A DNA stretch of 64,000 nucleotides from an uncultured virus (IMG/VR IMGVR_UViG_2791355488_000009) (Duplodnaviria > Heunggongvirae > Uroviricota > Caudoviricetes). Below the pieces are notes generated by a model. That model saw nothing but the letters and a program-made list of their open reading frames with translations, was not told the DNA's origin and ran no database searches. Made by a program: the position numbers and the translations under genes. The stretch lies in IMG/VR virus record IMGVR_UViG_2791355488_000009, one strand, 5' to 3'. Of this stretch, positions 9,452-17,840 are shown one piece after another. Within the stretch, counting starts at the first letter, position 1. Each line of letters opens with the position of its first letter.

Positions 9452-11805
9452 AGATAGCATACGGTAACAGCCGAATGGATAAGAAATGGAAAAACACAGA
9501 CATCAGCTGGGAGGACTTTTGCTCCCGGGTTAAGAACACACAGCGTACCACTGAAACCGTAGAAGAATATCGAAAAATGAGAAAAGGTGGTCAAGATTCC
9601 ATTAAAGATGTCGGAGGTTTTGTTGGGGGTCACTTAAAAGATGGCAGACGTAAAAAAGGAAATGTTCTATCTCGTTCTATGCTCACCCTTGATATGGATT
9701 ATGGCATAAGTACTATCTGGGAAGAAATCTCTACCTTCTTCCCTTATCAGTGTTGTATTTATTCTACTCATAAGCATACTCCAGAAAATCCAAGACTAAG
9801 GCTGATCATTCCTCTCTTCCGTGATGTGGGAGAGGAAGAGTATGCAGCTGTTAGTCGCATGGTCGCAAAAGAAATCGGCATCGACCTTTTTGATGATACG
9901 ACCTATGAACCGGAACGTTTAATGTATTGGCCGTCTACCTCTAGAAACGGTGTCTTTGTGTATGAAGAAAAAAACGGTTCTCTCCTAGACCCTGATGAAT
10001 TTCTAAATAAATACGATGATTGGCGTGATACCAGTACATGGCCCGTATCCTCTAGGCAGTCAGAAGTTATTGATCGCTCATTAAAGGAACAAGCCGATCC
10101 ACTTTCTAAAGAAGGTGTCATCGGTACTTTTTGTCGCACCTACTCAGTAAGCAGTGCAATCGATATGTTCTTAAAGGATATATACGAGCCTTCAGCAATG
10201 ACTGGTCGCTATGATTATATCCCAGCTGACTCCAGTGCCGGAGTCATACTCTATGATGATAAGTTTGCCTATTCCCACCACGCAACGGATCCTGCAAGTG
10301 GGAGACTTCTTAATGCTTTTGACCTCGTTCGCATCCATCGATTTGGTCATTTAGATGATCGAGCGACAGAAAGCACTCCACCAAGTAAACTCCCATCCTT
10401 TATCAACATGTGCGAATTTGCCATACAAGATGATGAAGTGAAAGCACAGTTTACGAAAGAGCGGATGGATCAGGCAACAATCGATTTTGCGGAAGATAAC
10501 TGGCAGACAGCACTTGAACTGGATAAGCAAGGAAAGATTAAGGATACCTTGGATAATATCGTTCTCATCATCCGCAACGATTCAGAACTAGAATCCATTG
10601 CCTTTAATAAGCACCGTGATGGAATCGATGCAAGAGACGGATTACCTTGGGAACAGATGAAAGGCGGCTGGAATGATTCAGATAATGCTGCCCTTAAAGT
10701 TTATCTATCAAATAAATACGGCATCTACTCCCCAACTAAGACAAAGGACGCAATATTAGCAGTCGCAGCAGAGCGTTCCTATCATCCTATAAAAGAATAC
10801 CTGGATCATTTACCAGAGTGGGACGGAATCGACCGTGTCGAAACCTTGCTGATTGATTACTTCAATGCAACAGATAATTCCTATACCAGAGCCGTTACCA
10901 GAAAAATGATGGTGGCAGCAGTCGCTAGAATTGTTCATCCTGGTACGAAATTCGATAGTGTCTTAATTCTAAATGGACCACAAGGCATCGGTAAGTCTAC
11001 CTTCTTTGCAAAGCTTGCAGGCGATTGGTTTTCCGATAGTTTAACCCTCACCGATATGAAAGATAAAGCAGGTCCTGAGAAACTTCAAGGGTACTGGATT
11101 TTAGAACTGGGTGAACTAGCTGGCATGCGAAAAACCGATGTGGAAGTTGTGAAATCCTTTATCTCAAGGTCGGATGATAAATACCGTGCCAGTTATGGTG
11201 TGAATGTTGAAAGCCACCCTCGTCAATGTATCATTGTCGGCTCTACCAATGCAGAAAGTGGATTTTTGCGAGACATCACGGGTAACCGAAGATTCTGGCC
11301 AGTGCGTATTAGTGGTAATGGTAAAAGAAAAGCATGGCAAATGTCCGTATACGATGTAGAGCAGATTTGGGCAGAAACTTTGGTGCTTTATGCCAAAGGT
11401 GAAAAGCTCTATTTAGAGGGCAGTGATGTAGAGTTGGCAACGAATGAGCAGGCAGATGCCATGGAGAGTGATGAGCGAGAAGGGCTTGTTCGCACTTACC
11501 TTGAAACGCTTTTACCCGATGATTGGAATGCCCTGTCCTTATACGAACGAAGAAATTACCTTAACGGTAGTGAATTTGGTGGGGAATCCCGTATCGGTAC
11601 GGTAGAACGTACGCTTGTTTGTAATATGGAAATTTGGTGTGAATGCTTTGGAAGGGATGCCTCCGCCATGAAACCTGCGGACTCCTATGCCATTGCAGGT
11701 ATTATGAAAAAGATTAATGGGTGGAACAAGTACCAAGGGAACAAGAACGGAACAAGTCATTTTCCCATTTACGGTAGACAACGTTGTTACGAGAAGAATG
11801 AGTAA
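9448..11805 (+). CDS. Primase-helicase (virulence-associated E / VapE family)
   Basis: N-terminal LDMD and STHKH..PRLR primase-like motifs; Walker A GPQGIGKST; DITGNRRFWP. Confidence 0.9.
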   Translation: MKIAYGNSRMDKKWKNTDISWEDFCSRVKNTQRTTETVEEYRKMRKGGQDSIKDVGGFVGGHLKDGRRKKGNVLSRSMLTLDMDYGISTIWEEISTFFPYQCCIYSTHKHTPENPRLRLIIPLFRDVGEEEYAAVSRMVAKEIGIDLFDDTTYEPERLMYWPSTSRNGVFVYEEKNGSLLDPDEFLNKYDDWRDTSTWPVSSRQSEVIDRSLKEQADPLSKEGVIGTFCRTYSVSSAIDMFLKDIYEPSAMTGRYDYIPADSSAGVILYDDKFAYSHHATDPASGRLLNAFDLVRIHRFGHLDDRATESTPPSKLPSFINMCEFAIQDDEVKAQFTKERMDQATIDFAEDNWQTALELDKQGKIKDTLDNIVLIIRNDSELESIAFNKHRDGIDARDGLPWEQMKGGWNDSDNAALKVYLSNKYGIYSPTKTKDAILAVAAERSYHPIKEYLDHLPEWDGIDRVETLLIDYFNATDNSYTRAVTRKMMVAAVARIVHPGTKFDSVLILNGPQGIGKSTFFAKLAGDWFSDSLTLTDMKDKAGPEKLQGYWILELGELAGMRKTDVEVVKSFISRSDDKYRASYGVNVESHPRQCIIVGSTNAESGFLRDITGNRRFWPVRISGNGKRKAWQMSVYDVEQIWAETLVLYAKGEKLYLEGSDVELATNEQADAMESDEREGLVRTYLETLLPDDWNALSLYERRNYLNGSEFGGESRIGTVERTLVCNMEIWCECFGRDASAMKPADSYAIAGIMKKINGWNKYQGNKNGTSHFPIYGRQRCYEKNE

Positions 11806-12006
11806 GGTCGTTCCTTGTTCTTTAGTTGTTCCCTGTGCTTGTTCTCTTAAAAACCCAGTCATTACCGATGTTTTGGCTTTGACGGAATGAGAGGAACAAG
11901 AGTTTTACTACTTAGTAATAAATTAATAAATAGTAGTGGTAAGGCATCTTGAGTGTGTGTATGCGCGCGTATAGGGAAAAACGTTAAAAGTTGTGCTTGT
12001 TGTTCC
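11723..12006. repeat. GGAACAAG / CTTGTTC iteron cluster with AT-rich patch; candidate replication origin
   Basis: ggaacaag at 11723, 11738, 11749, 11893; inverted (c)ttgttc at 11814, 11826, 11838 and near 12000. Confidence 0.5.
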
Positions 12007-12029
12007 TAATCAATTTATGGAGGTCATTT

Positions 12030-12311
12030 ATGCAAGAAAAATATATAGAACAAAAACTGGTAGCGACAGTAAAAAGCATGGGAGGTATTGCCCCGAAATT
12101 TGTGAGTCCTGGAATAGATGGAATGCCTGATCGCATTGTACTACTTCCCATGGGAAGAATCGCCTTTGTCGAATGTAAGGCGACAGGAAAAAAGATGCGA
12201 CCTTTACAAAATAAAAGAAAGAAGCAATTAGAGGCATTAGGCTTTCTAGTTTATTGCCTTGATGATGTAGAACAGATTGGAGGGATACTTAGTGAAATAC
12301 AAGCCACATGA
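12030..12311 (+). CDS. VRR-NUC domain nuclease
   Basis: GMPDRIVL...FVECKA...RPLQ. Confidence 0.85.
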   Translation: MQEKYIEQKLVATVKSMGGIAPKFVSPGIDGMPDRIVLLPMGRIAFVECKATGKKMRPLQNKRKKQLEALGFLVYCLDDVEQIGGILSEIQAT

Positions 12312-13644
12312 ATACCAACGCTATGCCACTGAATTTATTTTATCCCATCCCATATCTGCTGTATTTCTTGAGATGGGTTTAGGTAAAAGTGTGATTACCT
12401 TATCCGCCATCTTTGATTTGTGTTTAGATAGCTTTCTCGTTTGCAAGGTTTTAGTCATTGCGCCTTTAAGAGTCGCAAGGGACACATGGCCAGCAGAAAT
12501 CAATAAGTGGGATCATCTAAAAGGACTCTCTTACTCGGTGGCAGTCGGAACAGAAAAAGAAAGAATCGATGCCCTCAAGAAACAATCAACACTATACATC
12601 ATCAACCGTGAGAACGTGGATTGGTTGGTTCATAAAAGTGGTATTCCTTTTCATTTTGATATGGTGGTCATTGATGAGCTGTCATCATTTAAGTCTTATG
12701 GAGCAAAGCGGTTTAAGAGTCTACTTAAAGTAAGACCCTCTGTAAAAAGAATAGTCGGCCTTACCGGAACTCCCTCCAGTAATGGATTGATGGATTTATG
12801 GGCTGAATTTCGAATTCTTGATTTGGGTCAAAGGCTTGGACGCTACATTAGTCATTACCGAAATACCTACTTTACACCGGATAAGAGAAACGCACAGATT
12901 ATATTTTCTTATAAACCACTGCCAGGTGCAGAAGAGGAAATCTACAAACAAATATCGGACATCACCATTTCTATGAAATCTACCGATTATCTCAAGATGC
13001 CTGAATATGTCAGTAATGAAGTGTTTGTCACTTTAAGTGAAAAAGAATGGAAAGTCTATTCAGATTTTAAGGAAGACATGGTGGCTAACTTAGGTGATGA
13101 AGAAATTGATGCTGTTAATGCGGCAGTCCTTTCTGGAAAACTGCTACAGATGGCAAATGGTGCAGTATACGATAGCGAAAATAAAGCTCATGTGATTCAT
13201 GACAAAAAGCTAGATGCCTTGGAAGATTTAATCGAAGGAGCAAATGGGAAACCGGTCCTTGTTGCTTATTGGTATAAGCATGATTTAGAGCGAATTAGAG
13301 ATAGATTTCCAGTCAGACAAATTCAGTCATCAAAGGATATTGAGGATTGGAATGATGGCAAGATACCCATTGCTGTTATTCATCCAGCCAGTGCTGGGCA
13401 TGGTCTTAATCTTCAAAGTGGCGGTTCAACGCTTATCTGGTTTGGTCTGACCTGGTCACTAGAGCTGTATCAACAAACTAATGCAAGACTTTATAGGCAG
13501 GGTCAAAAGGATACAGTTATTGTTCACCACATCATCACCAAAAACACCATCGATGAAGACGTACTGCTTGCACTCACAAAAAAGGAGAAAACTCAAGATG
13601 CCTTGATTGATGCGGTAAAGGCGAATTTAGAGGTGATGCGATGA
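12292..13644 (+). CDS. SNF2-like helicase
   Basis: MGLGKS, VIDELS, LTGTP, AGHGLNLQ, QTNARLYRQGQ. Confidence 0.9.
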   Translation: MKYKPHEYQRYATEFILSHPISAVFLEMGLGKSVITLSAIFDLCLDSFLVCKVLVIAPLRVARDTWPAEINKWDHLKGLSYSVAVGTEKERIDALKKQSTLYIINRENVDWLVHKSGIPFHFDMVVIDELSSFKSYGAKRFKSLLKVRPSVKRIVGLTGTPSSNGLMDLWAEFRILDLGQRLGRYISHYRNTYFTPDKRNAQIIFSYKPLPGAEEEIYKQISDITISMKSTDYLKMPEYVSNEVFVTLSEKEWKVYSDFKEDMVANLGDEEIDAVNAAVLSGKLLQMANGAVYDSENKAHVIHDKKLDALEDLIEGANGKPVLVAYWYKHDLERIRDRFPVRQIQSSKDIEDWNDGKIPIAVIHPASAGHGLNLQSGGSTLIWFGLTWSLELYQQTNARLYRQGQKDTVIVHHIITKNTIDEDVLLALTKKEKTQDALIDAVKANLEVMR

Positions 13645-13865
13645 CAGAACCTTATCAAAACTTAGCCAATGCCATCATTTTAATGGCTGTTAAGGATTAT
13701 CGGACAGCCTTAAAGAAACTAAAAAAGCGTCCAAAGTATGGACCGGCACAAGATTTGAAAAACGAGGTGGAGAGGTTCTTCCGCTCTGATTGGTATAGAG
13801 AACTTACCTCTGTTGATGGGAACGTCCTAATCAAAAAGCTACAAGCGGAGGTGAGCGAGAAATGA
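13641..13865 (+). CDS. Conserved small phage protein
   Basis: PYQNLANAII..AVKDYR, EVERFFRSDW; translationally coupled to neighbours. Confidence 0.7.
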   Translation: MTEPYQNLANAIILMAVKDYRTALKKLKKRPKYGPAQDLKNEVERFFRSDWYRELTSVDGNVLIKKLQAEVSEK

Positions 13866-14314
13866 AAGCAAAAGAATATTTACATCAAGCCTACAGGCTA
13901 GATAAACGAATCCAATCCAACATTGAGGAAATGGAAAGGCTAAGGGAGCTATCGACCAGTGTTTCCTCCCCTATTTGGGGTGAGAGAATACAAACCCAGC
14001 GGCATACCGATGCTTTGTTTGTCAGGTATCTGGAGCGAATTGAAGAACTACAAATCAAGATTAATGATGAGGTAAATCATCTTGTAGCACTTAAAGCAGA
14101 GATTCGAGATGTGATTAATAAAGTAACGGATATCGATGAACGCATGGTGTTACGTTACCGCTACGTTCATAACTTTACCTGGGAGCAAATCGGTGATGAG
14201 CTGAATGCTGATAAGAGTACCATTCGCAGATGGCATGGCAATGCCTTAAATCACGTTGTCGTACCTGAAAATCCAATTGTTATTCAAATGTTGAACAGCA
14301 ATGAGCACTTTTGA
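13862..14314 (+). CDS. RinA/ArpU-like late transcriptional activator
   Basis: MKAKEYL, C-terminal HTH LRYRY..TWEQIGDEL..STIRRWH; last gene before packaging module. Confidence 0.75.
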   Translation: MKAKEYLHQAYRLDKRIQSNIEEMERLRELSTSVSSPIWGERIQTQRHTDALFVRYLERIEELQIKINDEVNHLVALKAEIRDVINKVTDIDERMVLRYRYVHNFTWEQIGDELNADKSTIRRWHGNALNHVVVPENPIVIQMLNSNEHF

Positions 14315-14373
14315 GCAGAGATAAGCACCTCATCTTCATGTTACATTATAATCAGCAAGATAGAATACTTACC

Positions 14374-14408
14374 AAGCCTTGTGGGTCATGCCCTGCAGGG
14401 CTTTTTCT
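14374..14408 (+). terminator. Hairpin with T-tract ahead of HNH gene
   Basis: aagccttgtggg-tcatg-ccctgcagggcttttt. Confidence 0.5.
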
Positions 14409-14429
14409 ATGCCCAGAAAGCGAGGTGAT

Positions 14430-14792
14430 ATGATGCCAAGAAAACCAAAACGACCATGCAGTACACCAGGCTGTCCCAACTTAACCGATGGCCAGTACTG
14501 TGAAGACCATCGAGTAGAAGAGCGTAGGCGCTATGACAAGTACCAACGGTCAAGTGATGTTAATAAAAAGTATGGCAGAGCCTGGAAAAGAATCCGTGAC
14601 AGATATGTACGAGAACATCCCCTGTGTGAGATGTGTAAGGAGGACGGACGACTAACTCCTACCGATGAAGTGCATCACATCCTCCCTGTTTCTCAAGGTG
14701 GTACACACGATAAAAGTAATTTGATGTCCTTATGTAAATCCTGTCACAACAAGATTCATTTAGAACTCGGTGATCGACAGATTCGTAGCTGA
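14430..14792 (+). CDS. Packaging-associated HNH endonuclease
   Basis: PLCEMC, EVHHILP, NLMSLCKSCHNKIH; upstream of terS. Confidence 0.9.
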   Translation: MMPRKPKRPCSTPGCPNLTDGQYCEDHRVEERRRYDKYQRSSDVNKKYGRAWKRIRDRYVREHPLCEMCKEDGRLTPTDEVHHILPVSQGGTHDKSNLMSLCKSCHNKIHLELGDRQIRS

Positions 14793-14910
14793 GCCAAGGG
14801 GGAGGTCAAATCTCCAGACCTTTTATGGCGGACAACGGCCTGGGGCTTGGCGTGTAAAAATCAGAAATCAAAGGGGGTATTAAAGACTTTTAGGAAAGTG
14901 GGGTGAAAAC

Positions 14911-15450
14911 ATGGCGAAAGACGGTACAGCAAGAGGCGGTCAGCGTGTTGGTGCAGGAAGAAAATCAAAGGCTCTAACCGACAAAATTGCTGATGGCAGA
15001 TTAAATGGTGCCATGATCCTGCCAGAGCCAACGGAAATAGAAGGTGCAGATGTTCCTCCTGTAAAAAATTATTTAAAGGCTACTCAGAAAAATGGCAAAG
15101 ACCTCTGTGCAGAAGATATTTATATCGAAACTTACAAGTGGCTGAAAGATCGTGGCTGCGAAATGTTAGTAAACAACCAGCTAATCGAGCAGTATGCCAT
15201 GAGTGTTTCTCGTTGGATTCAGTGTGAAGAGTGCATTTCAGAATATGGCTTTCTTGCCAAGCATCCAACCACTTCCGCTGCCATCGCATCACCTTATGTT
15301 GCGATGAGTCGTGAATACATGAAACAGGTCAACCAGTGTTGGTATCAGATTTACCAGATTGTGAAGGAAAACTGCTCTGTGGAGTTCGGTGGAAGAAGTC
15401 CACAAGACGATTTGATGGAGCGGTTATTATCTGCTCGGAAAGGAAAATAA
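14911..15450 (+). CDS. Terminase small subunit (P27 family)
   Basis: RGGQRVGAGRK N-terminus, ASPYV, DDLMERLL; position. Confidence 0.8.
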   Translation: MAKDGTARGGQRVGAGRKSKALTDKIADGRLNGAMILPEPTEIEGADVPPVKNYLKATQKNGKDLCAEDIYIETYKWLKDRGCEMLVNNQLIEQYAMSVSRWIQCEECISEYGFLAKHPTTSAAIASPYVAMSREYMKQVNQCWYQIYQIVKENCSVEFGGRSPQDDLMERLLSARKGK

Positions 15451-15451
15451 A

Positions 15452-16615
15452 ATGAAAAAATATAGAACGTGTGAAAGTGTATGCAAAGGTCATCCCGATA
15501 AATTATGTGACCTTATTTCAGATAGCATCTTAGATGCGTGTTTAAGAAAAGATAAATCCTCTCGTGTTGCTTGCGAGGTGATGGCTACCAAAGGACACAT
15601 CATTGTTGCCGGTGAGATTACCTGCTCAAAGAGAATTGATATCAGAGGTGTTGTTCGCCGTGTTCTGACGGATGTGGGCTACAATCCTAGAAAGTTTTTA
15701 GTCTTTGTCTATGTCCATCAGCAAAGTAAAGATATCGCAGGTGGTGTAGATAAGGCTTTGGAATCTCGTGAGGGTGATACGTCATGGTATTCCATGTTAG
15801 GAGCGGGTGACCAAGGCACCGTTTATGGCTATGCCACCAATGAAACCAGTGAGAAACTACCTCTCCCCTTAGTCTTATCCCATGCCATTTGCGAAAAGCT
15901 AGATAAGGTGATGAAGAATGGCGTGATTAAAGATATTGGCCCAGATGGTAAGGCTCAAGTGACGGTGGAATATGAAGGTGACAAACCAAAACGAATTAAG
16001 ACCATCGTTGTCTCCGTTCAACACAGTGCAGATAAAGATTTAGATGTTTTAAGAAATGAAGTCATTGCTCAGGTGCTGTGGCCAGTCTTTGAAAAATATC
16101 CATTTGACGATGAGACTGAGATCCTCATCAATCCAAGTGGACGATTTGTCGAAGGCGGACCAGCTGCAGATACCGGACTGACGGGAAGAAAAATCATGGT
16201 TGATACCTATGGTGGACTCGCCGCTCATGGTGGCGGTGCATTTTCAGGAAAAGACCCGACAAAAGTTGACCGCAGTGGTGCCTACATGGCGAGGGCAATT
16301 GCAAAGAATATTGTTCGATGTGGTTTTGCTAAGCGATGTCAGGTTGCGATTTCCTATGCCATTGGAAAAGCAGATCCGGTTGCTCTTGAGATTGATACCT
16401 TTGGAACAGGCACGGTGGAAGAAAGTATCCTTTGTCGTGCAGTGCTAGATGTATTCAATCTAAGACCTGCAGCCATTATCGAAAAGCTAAAACTGACGGA
16501 TGTTATTTATGCAGATACAGCTACTTACGGTCATTTCAGATATGGCTTAAGCACGTGGGAGTTTCTAGATTGCTATACAGAACTAAGGGAGGCGGTAAAC
16601 AAATATGTTGATTGA
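15452..16615 (+). CDS. metK: S-adenosylmethionine synthetase
   Basis: ESVCKGHPDK, GAGDQG, DGKAQVT, GGGAFSGKDPTKVDRS. Confidence 0.95.
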   Translation: MKKYRTCESVCKGHPDKLCDLISDSILDACLRKDKSSRVACEVMATKGHIIVAGEITCSKRIDIRGVVRRVLTDVGYNPRKFLVFVYVHQQSKDIAGGVDKALESREGDTSWYSMLGAGDQGTVYGYATNETSEKLPLPLVLSHAICEKLDKVMKNGVIKDIGPDGKAQVTVEYEGDKPKRIKTIVVSVQHSADKDLDVLRNEVIAQVLWPVFEKYPFDDETEILINPSGRFVEGGPAADTGLTGRKIMVDTYGGLAAHGGGAFSGKDPTKVDRSGAYMARAIAKNIVRCGFAKRCQVAISYAIGKADPVALEIDTFGTGTVEESILCRAVLDVFNLRPAAIIEKLKLTDVIYADTATYGHFRYGLSTWEFLDCYTELREAVNKYVD

Positions 16616-17840
16616 AAAGAAGAACACAAAAGACCTCATCCCTGCAACATACAATCCTCGTAAAGATTTAAAACCCGGTGATGCAGAATACGATAAATTA
16701 AAACGCTCCATTGAACAATTTGGTTATGTAGAGCCGGTTATCTGGAATAAGATGACCGGACATGTTGTTGGTGGGCATCAAAGACTAAAGGTTCTCATGG
16801 ATATGGGCATCACAGAAGTTGAGTGTGTCATCATTGAAATGGATGAAGAGAAAGAGAAAGCACTCAACATCGCACTCAATAAAATCAGCGGTGATTGGGA
16901 CAAGGATAAACTGGCCCTTTTAATTTCAGATTTACAAGGTGTAGATTTTGATGTTTCCCTAACTGGATTTGACCCTAAAGAACTGGATGACTTATTCAAG
17001 GACACATTGAAAGACGGTATCCACGATGATGACTTTGATGTGGAGACAGAACTAAAAAAGCCTGCCATCAGCAAGCTTGGTGACATATGGACGCTTGGCA
17101 GACACAGGCTTATCTGTGGTGATTCTACCAAGAAAGAAACCTATGATGTGCTGATGAATAAAAAGAAGGCAAACTTGTGCGTAACAGATCCTCCCTACAA
17201 TGTGAATTATGAAGGTGCTGCAGGGAAAATCAAAAATGACCATATGGCAAATGATGCCTTCTACCAGTTCCTCTTAGATGCCTTTATCAATATCGAAGAA
17301 GTTCTGGCAGACGATGCCTCCATCTATGTATTCCATGCCGACACCGAAGGGTTTAATTTTAGAAAAGCCTTCTCAGATGCCGGTTTTTATTTGTCTGGCT
17401 GTTGTATCTGGAAAAAGGACTCTCTTGTACTGGGGCGTTCTCCTTATCAATGGCAGCACGAACCTGTGCTGTTTGGCTGGAAGAAGAAGGGCAAGCATCA
17501 GTGGTATACGGGCAGGAAAGAAACCACCATCTGGGAATTTGATAAGCCGAAGAGAAATGGAGACCATCCTACGATGAAACCCATTCCTCTGCTCGCCTAT
17601 CCGATTTTGAACTCCTCGATGACTAACACCATTGTGCTAGATCCTTTTGGCGGCAGTGGTAGTACCTTAATTGCTTGTGAACAATCAGAGCGCATTTGCT
17701 ACACGGCAGAATTAGATGAGAAGTTTTGCGATGTCATTATCAAACGCTACATTGAACAGGTCGGTTCCTCTACCGAAGTCAGCGTTCAAAGGGATGGACT
17801 AAGTTACAACTATGATGAACTGGAGGTTGCTGATGGTTAA
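16605..17840 (+). CDS. ParB-N domain + N4/N6 DNA methyltransferase
   Basis: YNPRK..GGHQR ParB-like domain; TDPPY; HPTMKP; LDPFGGSGST. Confidence 0.9.
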   Translation: MLIEKKNTKDLIPATYNPRKDLKPGDAEYDKLKRSIEQFGYVEPVIWNKMTGHVVGGHQRLKVLMDMGITEVECVIIEMDEEKEKALNIALNKISGDWDKDKLALLISDLQGVDFDVSLTGFDPKELDDLFKDTLKDGIHDDDFDVETELKKPAISKLGDIWTLGRHRLICGDSTKKETYDVLMNKKKANLCVTDPPYNVNYEGAAGKIKNDHMANDAFYQFLLDAFINIEEVLADDASIYVFHADTEGFNFRKAFSDAGFYLSGCCIWKKDSLVLGRSPYQWQHEPVLFGWKKKGKHQWYTGRKETTIWEFDKPKRNGDHPTMKPIPLLAYPILNSSMTNTIVLDPFGGSGSTLIACEQSERICYTAELDEKFCDVIIKRYIEQVGSSTEVSVQRDGLSYNYDELEVADG

